64,000 bases of DNA from a virus. Location: IMG/VR virus record IMGVR_UViG_3300025652_000002, one strand, 5' to 3'. Shown here in pieces: positions 16,415-26,137 of this stretch; position 1 is the stretch's first letter; each line of letters begins with the position of its first letter. The notes beneath the pieces were generated by a model that worked only from the letters and a program-made list of their open reading frames with translations, had not been told where the DNA came from and made no database searches. Both the position numbers and the translations under genes were made by a program.

Positions 16415-18399
16415 TGATCCTAGTTTTCGACACAGAGAATAACAACCTCCTACGAGGAGTTTCTAAGTTTCACTGCGGAGGGGCTATTGACGTTGCTTCA
16501 GGTAGAGAGTACTGGTACGGTCCAGACCAACTAGATGAGTTCCTAGCCTTGCTAGATGAAGCAGAAACTATTGTGGCCCACAACATCAACGGCTATGATA
16601 TTCCTGCTTTACAAAAGATCAAGGCACTCTCAGGGGAAAGCTGGGTTCCAAAAGCCCATATACAGTGTACCTTGGTCATGTCTCAGGTAATGAACTTCCA
16701 GAGGTTTAACGGTAAACACTCTCTGGGTGCTTGGGGTAAGTTTTTTGAAGAGCAGAACGAGGCTTCCTTAGCTAAAGCTATTCGTCAAGGTAACAAAACT
16801 AATGCTGAGAAGTTTAGGGAACTTAGAGGTACCTTCTACAAGGGTGACTATAAGGGCGGCTTCGAAACCTTCAACCCTGAGATGTTTGACTATATGAAGC
16901 AAGACGTGCGGCTTGGTCTTCTAGTTTACAAGTACCTCCGTAAAGAGATTGTTAAGTACATCAAGTCTTCAGGCTCTAAGGGCGTTCTGACAGCCTTAAC
17001 CAACGAAATTCGCATGGATGAAGTTATGACAAGGCAGTCTGAGAATGGCTGGCTTTTCAATAAAGAGGGCGCAGAGGAACTCCTCATTAAAGTTGAGGAA
17101 GAAATCCAAGCCACAAGAGACTTCATTAACCCCATGCTCAACCCTACAGTAAAAGTCATCGACCCTGACACAAAGACTGACTTTGAACCAATAACAGGAA
17201 AGCGCCATGGTCAAACGAAAACACCTACTTATACAAAAGCAGGAAAACTTAATCAGCACCTTATCAATTGGTTTGGCCTTCCTGATGACACCGATGTTAA
17301 TTCTAGCCCTTTCTTTCGGGAATCTCTGGGCTTTTGTCGGGTTGATTTTATTGATGGTGATGTTGGTAATACTACTACGGTTAAAAATCACCTGTACACC
17401 ATCGGGTGGAAGCCTGACGAGTGGAATTGGGAGAGGGTGGGACGACAGTTTGTAAAGAAGTCAGCTAAGCTCTCAGATAGCTCCTTAGAGCCTCTGGGAG
17501 AAATTGGCCAGCTTCTTATGAAGTACTACACCTTAAGATCAAGGAAGTCTATCATAGAAGGGTGGTTCACCCACATCGATGAAGAGGGTCGTCTCCACGG
17601 GGATGTCTTTAACATTGGTACTCCAACCTTTAGACAGACCCACAAGATTATTGCCAACCTACCTTCAGGTAAGGCGGAGTTAGGTCCTGAGATCAGGGCG
17701 CTCTTTATTGCTCCTCCGGGTCGTGTGTTGGTTTCTGGTGACTCCGCTGCTTGTCAGCTACGGTTGCTTGCTCACTACATGGAAGACCCAGAGTTCACAC
17801 AAGAGGTACTTACTGGAGACGTTCACCAGAAGAACGCAGACATTCTTTCTAAGGCTGTAAACAGTCTTAAGAGTAGTACCAGTCACATTGCCATTGAACG
17901 GGCCTTGGCTAAACCCTTTATCTTTGCCTTCCTGTATGGTGCTGGGGGTGCTAAGTTGGCCCGTATTCTTGGCCTCTCTGAGAGAATTGGTGCTGCCTTG
18001 AAAGAGCAGTTCCAGAAGGCTTACCCTAAGCTTGACTCTCTTATCAACGATACCAAGTTCGATGTCGCCAGCACAGGCTTCATTGTTGGGCTTGATGGGC
18101 GTCCTGTCTTCTGTGAAACGGAGCATAAGGCCCTTAACTACCTGATTCAGAGTGCTGAAGCGATCGTCATGAAACTGACTATCTTGATGATTGAAGAGCG
18201 TTTTAAGGAAGAACTCCCTAACGCTAAAATCTTGCTGTTCTACCACGATGAGGTAACTTATGAGGTAGACGAGGCCGACGCGGAACGAGCACGAGAGATT
18301 ATGATTGAATGCTTTGAAGAGGCACCTAAGGAGGTAGGTATTGATTTCATGACTTGTGGCGACTGCAAAATCGGAAACGACTACTACGAAGTTCACTAA
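16414..18399 (+). CDS. family A DNA polymerase (T7 gp5-like) with 3'-5' exonuclease domain
   Basis: N-terminal ExoI LVFDTEN. KPFIFAFLYGAG (motif B K...YG). YHDEVTYE (motif C). Confidence 0.85.
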   Translation: MILVFDTENNNLLRGVSKFHCGGAIDVASGREYWYGPDQLDEFLALLDEAETIVAHNINGYDIPALQKIKALSGESWVPKAHIQCTLVMSQVMNFQRFNGKHSLGAWGKFFEEQNEASLAKAIRQGNKTNAEKFRELRGTFYKGDYKGGFETFNPEMFDYMKQDVRLGLLVYKYLRKEIVKYIKSSGSKGVLTALTNEIRMDEVMTRQSENGWLFNKEGAEELLIKVEEEIQATRDFINPMLNPTVKVIDPDTKTDFEPITGKRHGQTKTPTYTKAGKLNQHLINWFGLPDDTDVNSSPFFRESLGFCRVDFIDGDVGNTTTVKNHLYTIGWKPDEWNWERVGRQFVKKSAKLSDSSLEPLGEIGQLLMKYYTLRSRKSIIEGWFTHIDEEGRLHGDVFNIGTPTFRQTHKIIANLPSGKAELGPEIRALFIAPPGRVLVSGDSAACQLRLLAHYMEDPEFTQEVLTGDVHQKNADILSKAVNSLKSSTSHIAIERALAKPFIFAFLYGAGGAKLARILGLSERIGAALKEQFQKAYPKLDSLINDTKFDVASTGFIVGLDGRPVFCETEHKALNYLIQSAEAIVMKLTILMIEERFKEELPNAKILLFYHDEVTYEVDEADAERAREIMIECFEEAPKEVGIDFMTCGDCKIGNDYYEVH

Positions 18400-18594
18400 C
18401 AGAACAAAGGAGCCTTTTATGGGCATGTACACAGAACTCTTTCTACAAGTTGGGGGGAGGCTTAAATAGACAATGAGCAGCTTTCCCTCTTTCAAGCACT
18501 ACCTAAGGCGGGGGTTCAATACAACGAGGAAATCCGCAATCGTATACGCCTCGCAGTTGCAGCCTACACCTATGAGTATGAGAATACCTCCATC

Positions 18595-18816
18595 ATGTCT
18601 GATGCAGAGTTCGATCGTATCTCGTATCTCATTCAGCCCGAAGTGAAGACTGGCAACATCAAGCTAGACAACTTCTTTAAAAAACACTTCGAACCCGCAA
18701 CTGGTATGTGGGTTCGGAAACACTCCAATAAGAAAGGTTTGAAGAACATTTATGAAAGATACTACAACAAAGGGGGTAAGTTCTACATCGGTCCCCGTGG
18801 GGTTCCACCTGATTGA
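18595..18816 (+). CDS. hypothetical protein
   Basis: First ATG of a frame that is open and coding-like for ~130 nt upstream (see findings). Confidence 0.4.
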   Translation: MSDAEFDRISYLIQPEVKTGNIKLDNFFKKHFEPATGMWVRKHSNKKGLKNIYERYYNKGGKFYIGPRGVPPD

Positions 18817-18964
18817 TCCAGCCACGGAAGCGGTAAGGGTTGCCAACCTGCAGACAGCTTTTTATGCAAACACAGGTCAGGAATACGAAGAAGCTATCAA
18901 CTACTTTTTAAGAATTGGCTCTGGCTACGGCACAGAGGTAGTAAACCTAGGGGCAGCAAAATGA
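18752..18964 (+). CDS. hypothetical protein
   Basis: Overlaps the previous gene in another frame. Start uncertain. Confidence 0.3.
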   Translation: MKDTTTKGVSSTSVPVGFHLIDPATEAVRVANLQTAFYANTGQEYEEAINYFLRIGSGYGTEVVNLGAAK

Positions 18965-19131
18965 CTAAATTCCAACCAGTAAACTTCTTCTACACCCCCA
19001 CAACGCAGGGCAACCTAGAAGACCTTTTACGTATACACAAGGATAACGGTATGATGTGCGCCATGTTCATGCACAACTACCTCTGCCAAGAGTTTAACAA
19101 AGAAATTGAGGCTAACTATGTTGAGAAATAA
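18961..19131 (+). CDS. small hypothetical protein (56 aa)
   Basis: Not in the ORF track. ATGA overlap upstream and an abutting ATG downstream. Confidence 0.35.
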   Translation: MTKFQPVNFFYTPTTQGNLEDLLRIHKDNGMMCAMFMHNYLCQEFNKEIEANYVEK

Positions 19132-19371
19132 ATGTACACAGTAGAGTTCTTTCAAAATGCTGCTGTTGTAACTGTTCTCGATGAGTATGACAACTTCGAG
19201 GACGTCCAGATTATCATTGATGAGGAGAATACAGTCTACCTGCGTCAGTGGAATGAAGATAAAAACGAGTATGATCTTTTGGAACTAGGCTACAAACAGT
19301 TCTTAGACATGGCTGCTTCCCTGAATTCCCCTGAAGGCTTCCACCAAATTCAACCAGAGGCTAAAGCATGA
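19132..19371 (+). CDS. hypothetical protein
   Basis: ATG start. Confidence 0.5.
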   Translation: MYTVEFFQNAAVVTVLDEYDNFEDVQIIIDEENTVYLRQWNEDKNEYDLLELGYKQFLDMAASLNSPEGFHQIQPEAKA

Positions 19372-19658
19372 CACCAGAAATGTATACTAAACTGGCGCTC
19401 AACTTTGTTGAGGAAGGCACCACAAAAGAAACCCTCTACGTTGGCTTTGCCAGCGAGTGCGGTGAAGTCATGAAGGAGCGGATGAAAGAAGTCCGTAAAG
19501 GGGAGCGTAAGACGGTAGAAATTGCTGATGAGCTAAGTGACGTTCTCTGGTACGTTGCTATTCTTGCTCATCAGCGTGGCTACACTCTTGAAAGCCTCAT
19601 GGAACACAGTATTGCTAAACTCGAAAACCGTCTTCTTAACCCAAAGAAAGGGTATTGA
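19368..19658 (+). CDS. mazG: MazG-like nucleotide pyrophosphohydrolase
   Basis: EVMKERMKEV...ELSDVLWYVAILA matches the MazG EExxE / DxLwY core. Confidence 0.7.
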   Translation: MTPEMYTKLALNFVEEGTTKETLYVGFASECGEVMKERMKEVRKGERKTVEIADELSDVLWYVAILAHQRGYTLESLMEHSIAKLENRLLNPKKGY

Positions 19659-19661
19659 ACC

Positions 19662-19850
19662 GTGGAAGAAATGACAGAACGAAGCAAGATCATAGACGCT
19701 GTAGGCTTGGCTGTAGACTTTGGCTGGATTGGCGGTGCTCACCATAAGGACTGGGTTATCGATCAGATGGTTCGTAAACTACAAACAGAACAAGAGTACA
19801 AAGACCTACGTCGAGCTATCCCGGATTGGGAAGAAGGTATTGCCCCTTAA
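19662..19850 (+). CDS. hypothetical protein
   Basis: Small ORF with ATG. Confidence 0.4.
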   Translation: MEEMTERSKIIDAVGLAVDFGWIGGAHHKDWVIDQMVRKLQTEQEYKDLRRAIPDWEEGIAP

Positions 19851-19870
19851 CCCCAAGTAAACAAAGGTGG

Positions 19871-19894
19871 AAAAATACTGCCGCCTAATGACCA
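19871..19894 (+). promoter_or_regulatory. candidate phage-RNAP promoter AAAAATACTGCCGCCTAATGACCA
   Basis: Second copy of the conserved motif. Upstream of the exonuclease operon. Confidence 0.5.
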
Positions 19895-19910
19895 TAGGAA
19901 AGGAAAATTT

Positions 19911-20039
19911 ATGTCTAACTGGTACGACGAAGCTATGAATGAACTCGAAGAAATGTTTGAGGAGGGGACCCTAGACGCCGAGGGTCTCCGGCGAGCAATT
20001 CGAGACCTTGATGAAGAGTTCGAAGAACACGGTGAATAA
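19911..20039 (+). CDS. small acidic protein (42 aa)
   Basis: Not in the ORF track. Sits between the promoter motif and the exonuclease gene. Confidence 0.3.
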   Translation: MSNWYDEAMNELEEMFEEGTLDAEGLRRAIRDLDEEFEEHGE

Positions 20040-20048
20040 GGAGAAAAA

Positions 20049-20897
20049 ATGATTGTTCTAATTGATGGAGATCCACTAATCTACCAAGCTTACTGGCCTG
20101 TGCAGGTTACTTATAAAAAGTATCTGAAAGGTCTAAAAGAGCGGCTGTTGATGGGTGAGCTTTCCCAAGAAAAATATGAGAAGAAGCTTGAAAGAGCAGA
20201 AACTTCTTTCCTCAAGAGAGGAAAAGTCAAAGCGATTGCTAACATCGATAGACTTATTGCTTCTATTTTAGAAGACAACTTTACTACAGAACATGTTATT
20301 GCTCTAGGCGGTCCAACCAACTTTCGAAAGGACTTATATCCTGAGTATAAGGTTTCCTCCACGCGTACAACAGTGCGTGACAACAAGCCACCTTTCTTTG
20401 ATGACTTGCATGAGCACATTGCTTCTATGGAAACCACTATTGTTTCTGAAGGGTGTGAAGCAGATGACCTAATTCGTATCTGGTCGTTAGAGTGTGAAAA
20501 GGAAAACAAAGAGTTCTTCATCTGTTCTATTGATAAAGACCTCGACTGTATTCCGGGTTGGCACTACTGTAACATCCACCCAACCAAAGGGCCTCACAGT
20601 TACGAGGTAACCCCTGAGTATGCCAACTGGTTCTACTGGAAACAAGCCCTCATGGGAGATAACGTTGATAACATACCGGGAATCTGGAGAGTTGGACCAA
20701 AGAAAGCTGAAGCTATTCTTGCTGAAGTTGAACCCGAAGACTATGAAAGGGCTGTCTGTAAAGCCTATGATAAAGCCTACGGAGAAGAAGGCTACGATAC
20801 AATGTTGTTGAACTGCCGACTACTTCACATTTGGCGCTACCAAGATGACCACTTCAAGGTCCCACGGGAGCGGTATGATGCTTTTATCAAAGACTGA
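20049..20897 (+). CDS. 5'-3' exonuclease / flap endonuclease (T7 gp6-like)
   Basis: N-terminus MIVLIDGDPLIYQAYW resembles the T7 gp6 LVMDGDWLVFQA PIN/FEN start. Acidic clusters throughout. Confidence 0.55.
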   Translation: MIVLIDGDPLIYQAYWPVQVTYKKYLKGLKERLLMGELSQEKYEKKLERAETSFLKRGKVKAIANIDRLIASILEDNFTTEHVIALGGPTNFRKDLYPEYKVSSTRTTVRDNKPPFFDDLHEHIASMETTIVSEGCEADDLIRIWSLECEKENKEFFICSIDKDLDCIPGWHYCNIHPTKGPHSYEVTPEYANWFYWKQALMGDNVDNIPGIWRVGPKKAEAILAEVEPEDYERAVCKAYDKAYGEEGYDTMLLNCRLLHIWRYQDDHFKVPRERYDAFIKD

Positions 20898-21366
20898 TTT
20901 AGGTCACTGGAAGTACTTTGGTCCCCTGCCAAAGGACGCTGATGATGAAACCTACTTTGGTTTTGTCTATGTTATTGAAAACAAGGCAACCAAACAGTTC
21001 TACTGTGGTAAGAAACAGTTCAGAGTTAGGGGTGCTAAACGTTCTAAGAACTACAACAAGTCTCACTCTTGGAGAACCTACACAGGCTCCTCCACCCACC
21101 TCAACGCAGACATCAAGGCTCAAGGTAAGGAGAACTTTGACTTTACAATGGTGTCCCTGTATAAGACCAAGGGTGGCTTGTACTATTCAGAGGCTTACTC
21201 TCAGATGGTCTTGGGAGTAATGACACACTACAAACCTTGTGGAAAGATTCCTGTCTGGTATAACGGACAGATTGGCCCTGTAAGGTTTGCTCCAAAAGAA
21301 GACATTTCAGAAAACAACCTTAAGTTTATAAGGAGTTTTATTAGGAACAAACGATGGCAAGAATAG
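20875..21366 (+). CDS. GIY-YIG homing endonuclease
   Basis: FVYVIENKATKQFYCGKK (GIY...YIG). ENFDFTMVSLYK (FxFxILE-like). Inserted between the exonuclease and primase genes. Confidence 0.55.
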   Translation: MMLLSKTDLGHWKYFGPLPKDADDETYFGFVYVIENKATKQFYCGKKQFRVRGAKRSKNYNKSHSWRTYTGSSTHLNADIKAQGKENFDFTMVSLYKTKGGLYYSEAYSQMVLGVMTHYKPCGKIPVWYNGQIGPVRFAPKEDISENNLKFIRSFIRNKRWQE

Positions 21367-23117
21367 TTGAACATATCTCATGCACCTTTTGCGGCAGTGA
21401 GGATAACAGAGCAGTCTACGATGATGGACACAGCTTTTGTTATACCCCTGACTGCCCTAAGGCTTATTTAAAAGGAGACTCAATGAGTGGTTACGAAGAC
21501 CTAGACGCAGAGTTCGATGAAGTCAAACCTTCCTCTCTACGATCAAACGACTCCAACACGGGCGATAATCGCGCTTGGTTGGTAGAGAAGGTAATTAACG
21601 AGTTCAAGAGTGAAGCGATGCCTAGTCGAAAGGTATCCAAGGCAACCTACGATTTCTATGGTGTAAAGGTTGCCTACAATAGTGCTGGGATTGTTAACGA
21701 ACAGTACTACCCCTACCACAAAACATCAGTCCAGACAACGGAGTATGAGGATCAGCCTCAAGGCTTCAAGATTCGAGTGCTCCCTAAAGACTTCAAGTCT
21801 AAGGGTTCGATTGGCAAGTGTGCTGGCCTCTTTGGTATGAACAAGTTTGGTTCAGGTGGTAAACGTCTGATCATTACAGAGGGTGAAGAAGACTGCTGTG
21901 CGCTTCAAGAGGCTACCTTCCAACATTACAAGAAGTACTACCCTATCGTTTCCCTACGTTCTTCAAGTATTACAGAGGATCTTCTAGAAGACCGTGACAA
22001 GATTCGCTCTTATGATGAAGTCATTCTTTGGATGGACAACGACGAGGCTGGTGAAAAGGCGCTACAGAAAGCAGCTAAGATCATCGGCTATGATAAGGTC
22101 AAGTACATTTCCTCTTCGGAGAATGATGCTTCAGACCTCTGGATAAAGAACAAAGCTGATGTCCTTAAAGCTGTCTGGAACGCTAAAGAATACACCCCCG
22201 CTGGAATCTTGACTAAAGAGGGCCTTTGGGCACAGCTGGAAGCCTACAACAAGATTGAGTCGGTTCCTTACCCTCCTTTTATGTCAGGGTTGAACGACAA
22301 ACTTAAAGGGATGCGCTTTGGCGAAATCACCCTTTGGACTTCTGGTACAGGCTCAGGTAAGTCTACCCTACTACGAGAAATTGTTCTCTGGCTTTTAGAG
22401 ACCACCCCTGACAAGGTTGGTATTATTAGTCTTGAAGAATCCCCTGCTGAGACCGCTCGAAAGATGTCTGGCATGTCTATTTACAAGAACCCTGCTGCCG
22501 AGGAACTCACTGATGAGGAGTTGAAAAGAGGGTTCGATACCGTCTTTGGTGACGATAGGGTTATTGTCCTTGATCACCACGGTAGTGTGGCGGACTCTCG
22601 TATTGTAGATCACCTTGAGTTTATGTGCCTGAAAGGAGTGAAGTACCTCTTTTTAGACCACATTACCTTACTTGTATCAGAGGGTGCAGATGGGCTTACT
22701 GGTAACGAAGCCACAGACAAGGTTATGAATGACCTTCTTCGAGTCGTTAAGAAACATGACTGCTGGCTTGGTCTTATCTCTCACCTACGAAAGACCCCTG
22801 ACAGTAAGGGTCAGTCGTTTGAAGAGGGCAAGCTACCAAGTCTTGATGACATCCGTGGCTCAGGTTCTATCAAACAGGTTTCTATGGACGTTATTGCCTT
22901 TGCAAGGGATGTTTCTGCAACAGACGAGACCGTAAGGAACACCATTAAGACGAAGGTTCTCAAGTGCCGCTACACTGGTCTTACAGGTCCGACAGGGAAC
23001 CTTAGCTATGACTATGAGACTGGCCGAATGACTTCTGCCAAGGGTGAGTTCAATGACGAGATCATGGAAGTAAAAACTAAATTAATCAATGTAAAAGAAG
23101 AAGAACTGGATTTTTAA
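21354..23117 (+). CDS. bifunctional DNA primase/helicase (T7 gp4-like)
   Basis: N-terminal Zn ribbon CTFCGS...CYTPDC. TOPRIM EGEEDC / WMDNDEAG. DnaB-type Walker A SGTGSGKST. Confidence 0.85.
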   Translation: MARIVEHISCTFCGSEDNRAVYDDGHSFCYTPDCPKAYLKGDSMSGYEDLDAEFDEVKPSSLRSNDSNTGDNRAWLVEKVINEFKSEAMPSRKVSKATYDFYGVKVAYNSAGIVNEQYYPYHKTSVQTTEYEDQPQGFKIRVLPKDFKSKGSIGKCAGLFGMNKFGSGGKRLIITEGEEDCCALQEATFQHYKKYYPIVSLRSSSITEDLLEDRDKIRSYDEVILWMDNDEAGEKALQKAAKIIGYDKVKYISSSENDASDLWIKNKADVLKAVWNAKEYTPAGILTKEGLWAQLEAYNKIESVPYPPFMSGLNDKLKGMRFGEITLWTSGTGSGKSTLLREIVLWLLETTPDKVGIISLEESPAETARKMSGMSIYKNPAAEELTDEELKRGFDTVFGDDRVIVLDHHGSVADSRIVDHLEFMCLKGVKYLFLDHITLLVSEGADGLTGNEATDKVMNDLLRVVKKHDCWLGLISHLRKTPDSKGQSFEEGKLPSLDDIRGSGSIKQVSMDVIAFARDVSATDETVRNTIKTKVLKCRYTGLTGPTGNLSYDYETGRMTSAKGEFNDEIMEVKTKLINVKEEELDF

Positions 23118-23119
23118 CT

Positions 23120-23341
23120 ATGAGTAAACAAGCAGATATTGTCAAGGCTATCACCACGATTCTCGTTGTAAAGCTTGCGGCAAAGATTGAACTATCACCC
23201 TTCGAAAAGGAATTCCTAGCAGGTATTGTTGAGGGGGTGAAGTCGATGGAGGGTGACGCCTACAACGAGTTTATGAACTTCCCAGACACCTATGCAGCGG
23301 CTTACACAGCCAAACTCAATGAAAATGAAACAAAGCACTAA
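23120..23341 (+). CDS. hypothetical protein
   Basis: ATG start. Confidence 0.45.
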   Translation: MSKQADIVKAITTILVVKLAAKIELSPFEKEFLAGIVEGVKSMEGDAYNEFMNFPDTYAAAYTAKLNENETKH

Positions 23342-23351
23342 GGAATACACA

Positions 23352-23606
23352 ATGAAAAAAGAAGATTACATGGAAAGTGAAACAGAACTAGACCCTAAGT
23401 TTAACCGCGCTTGGGAGTATGCAAACAGCTTCCTTTACAAGACAATGGTGGACGAGGCCCAACTTGACCGCTTCTTGGCTATGGACGACATTAAGAAAAA
23501 GTTCAGTGACGAAGAGCGTGAGTTCCTCAAGGTTGCTTGGCTGATGATTACTGGGGTAGAGGTCACACCGATCGAATACGTTGAAGTAGAAGACGAAAAA
23601 GAATAA
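23352..23606 (+). CDS. hypothetical protein
   Basis: ATG 23352 after aagga. The longer listed ORF overlaps upstream. Confidence 0.45.
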   Translation: MKKEDYMESETELDPKFNRAWEYANSFLYKTMVDEAQLDRFLAMDDIKKKFSDEEREFLKVAWLMITGVEVTPIEYVEVEDEKE

Positions 23607-23657
23607 CTACAAGAACATGGTCCAAAGAGACCCAATAATAATAAGAAACGGAACACT

Positions 23658-25526
23658 ATGGACAACTATCAAAAATTTATTCACCTCTCTCGTTACTCAC
23701 GCTTCCTCGACACAGAAGGTCGAAGGGAGTCGTGGGGAGAAACCGTTGACCGCGTTATCAACTTCTGGCGTAAGCAGATTGGTAACAACGTACTAACAGA
23801 GGCGGAATTCCAAGCTATTGAAGCTGCAATCTATGACCTAAAGGTTATGCCTTCAATGCGTTCTATGTGGGCGGCTGGTCCGGCCCTCGAAGCTAACCAC
23901 TTCCGTGGATATAACTGTAGCTTTGCGGCAGTGGATCACATTCGGGTCTTTGATGAGATTCTCTACATCCTCATGTCAGGGACAGGGGTTGGTTTCTCAG
24001 CCGAAGCAAAGTATGTGAACAAGCTACCAATTATCAATGACAACTTCACAAAGACTGAACGCGTTATCTCTATCGGCGACTCCTCTGAAGGCTGGGCTAA
24101 GGCTCTCCGCAAGCTGATTGCCGATCTTTACTTAGGAAATGAACATGAATGGGACTATACTCGAATTCGCGGTGAAGGTGCACGACTTAAGACTATGGGT
24201 GGAAGAGCTTCTGGTCCGAAACCACTTATGGATCTTTTTGCTTACGTAACAGCCGTATTTAAGAAGGCTGCTGGTCGTAAACTAACACCTCAAGAAGTAC
24301 ACGACATCGTGTGTAAGATTGCTGAGATTGTTGTTGTAGGAGGTGTACGCCGCTCTGCTCTTATCTCTCTGTCTGACCTCGGTGATCCAGAAATCCGTGA
24401 CTGCAAGTCTGGCCGTTGGTGGGAAACCGCTCCACACCGCTCTTTGTCAAATAACTCCGCTGTCTACGAGCAGAAGCCTACTATGGCTGTGTTCATGGAT
24501 GAGTGGGTTTCTTTGATGAAGTCTGGCTCTGGTGAACGCGGTATCTTTAACCGTGGTGGTGCTCGTGAGTTTGCTCCTGAGCGTCGTGATGCTGATCTTC
24601 TGGTTGGCACCAACCCTTGTGCTGAAATCCAGCTTCGTAACGCTCAACTCTGTAACCTAACAGAGGTGGTTGCTCGTGAAGGGGACAGTCTTAAAGACCT
24701 AGCAGAAAAGGTGCGCTTGGCTACTATCTTAGGAACCTTGCAGTCTTCTTTGACTGACTTCAAGTATGTTCGTAACATCTGGAAAAAGAACTGTGAAGAA
24801 GAGCGTCTACTTGGTGTTTCCCTAACAGGTATCCAAGACTGTGAACTTTTGCAGAACCCTCAGCAGGAAGACCTAGAGTTCCTTAAAGGTGTGGCGGTAA
24901 GAACTAACATTGAGTTTGCTGAACGTCTAGGTATCAACCCGTCTACAGCGGTAACAACCGTTAAGCCTTCTGGCACTGTCTCCCAACTGGTTGACTCTGC
25001 CTCTGGTATTCACGGTCGCTTTGACAAGTTCTACATCCGCTCTGTACGTCAGAGCAATAACGACCCTCTAACCCAGATGCTCAAGGACCAAGGCATCCGT
25101 AATGAACCTGACCTTATGAACCCAACAAAGACAACTGTGTTCTTCTTCCCTGTCAAGGCTCCGAGTAGGGCTGTCCTTGCGGGAAACCAAGGCGCTATCC
25201 AACAGCTTGAGAACTGGAAACTGTTCCAGAAGCACTGGTCAGAACACTCTGTCTCTGTCACTGTCTACGTCAAAGAAGACGAGTGGCTCAAGGTGGGTGA
25301 CTGGGTCTATCAGAACTTCGACTACATCACGGGTGTATCGTTTCTGCCGTACTCTGAGCATACCTACCAACAGGCCCCGTATGATAGCTGCACCGAGGCT
25401 GAGTATGAGGCCGCTCTCGAAACCATGCCTGAAATTGACTTCAGTAAACTCGCAGAGTATGAGTTTGAAGACAATACAGAAGGCTCCCAAACTTTAGCTT
25501 GTGGCGCAGGAGGTTGCGAAATCTAA
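23658..25526 (+). CDS. ribonucleotide reductase, probably class II (NrdJ-like)
   Basis: 622 aa. Active-site-like GTNPCAEIQL. Overall RNR-like. Confidence 0.6.
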   Translation: MDNYQKFIHLSRYSRFLDTEGRRESWGETVDRVINFWRKQIGNNVLTEAEFQAIEAAIYDLKVMPSMRSMWAAGPALEANHFRGYNCSFAAVDHIRVFDEILYILMSGTGVGFSAEAKYVNKLPIINDNFTKTERVISIGDSSEGWAKALRKLIADLYLGNEHEWDYTRIRGEGARLKTMGGRASGPKPLMDLFAYVTAVFKKAAGRKLTPQEVHDIVCKIAEIVVVGGVRRSALISLSDLGDPEIRDCKSGRWWETAPHRSLSNNSAVYEQKPTMAVFMDEWVSLMKSGSGERGIFNRGGAREFAPERRDADLLVGTNPCAEIQLRNAQLCNLTEVVAREGDSLKDLAEKVRLATILGTLQSSLTDFKYVRNIWKKNCEEERLLGVSLTGIQDCELLQNPQQEDLEFLKGVAVRTNIEFAERLGINPSTAVTTVKPSGTVSQLVDSASGIHGRFDKFYIRSVRQSNNDPLTQMLKDQGIRNEPDLMNPTKTTVFFFPVKAPSRAVLAGNQGAIQQLENWKLFQKHWSEHSVSVTVYVKEDEWLKVGDWVYQNFDYITGVSFLPYSEHTYQQAPYDSCTEAEYEAALETMPEIDFSKLAEYEFEDNTEGSQTLACGAGGCEI

Positions 25527-26137
25527 TGATAACGACTAAAGATAAGGTCTTTATTCACATACCCCGAACAGGGGGGAGTACCTTGAAACAGGCACTACGT
25601 CAAGAAAACAAGGCAGTGTGGGATCCTTTTCCACCTGTCCTTGACTTGGCGACTTGTAACGGTTGTCGTCCCTACTACTTTTGGGAAGACTCAAAACCAG
25701 CCCAACGTAAGACCCCTTACAGTATTGTTCGCTGCCCTTATGAACGGGCTGCAAGCATGTACGGCTACCTTACGACTAACTTCTACATGCAACAGTTTGT
25801 TGTTGGAAGTACCTTTAAAGAGGTCATGATGGATGGCCTAACTGGAGTTGGGCATCAATGGCTCGTTACCTCAACCCAGTCGGAGATTCTTTTCTCCCTT
25901 CTTGGCAAAGAGGTACAGGTCTACCACTACGAGGATGGTCTAAGCGACTTCTACGCCCTTTTTGGGGTGAACCCTAAAGAACGCGTCAATGCTAGTCCTT
26001 TTGACTACACGATGCTTGACCAAGAAGCACTCGATGTAATCCACCTTCTTTTCCTTGAAGACTTTGAAAGCTTCGGCTACACTCAAGTAAATACAGTCAA
26101 GGATCTAATTGAAATGAAAGCAGAAAATGGCACCTAA
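25526..26137 (+). CDS. sulfotransferase-family protein
   Basis: VFIHIPRTGGSTLKQAL matches the 5'-PSB P-loop of sulfotransferases. Confidence 0.5.
   Translation: MITTKDKVFIHIPRTGGSTLKQALRQENKAVWDPFPPVLDLATCNGCRPYYFWEDSKPAQRKTPYSIVRCPYERAASMYGYLTTNFYMQQFVVGSTFKEVMMDGLTGVGHQWLVTSTQSEILFSLLGKEVQVYHYEDGLSDFYALFGVNPKERVNASPFDYTMLDQEALDVIHLLFLEDFESFGYTQVNTVKDLIEMKAENGT

Noticed and set aside
17758-18495. 245-aa minus-strand ORF overlapping the DNA polymerase 3' end
   Set aside because: It is antisense to the conserved DNAP motif C region. No motifs were recognised and there is no RBS.
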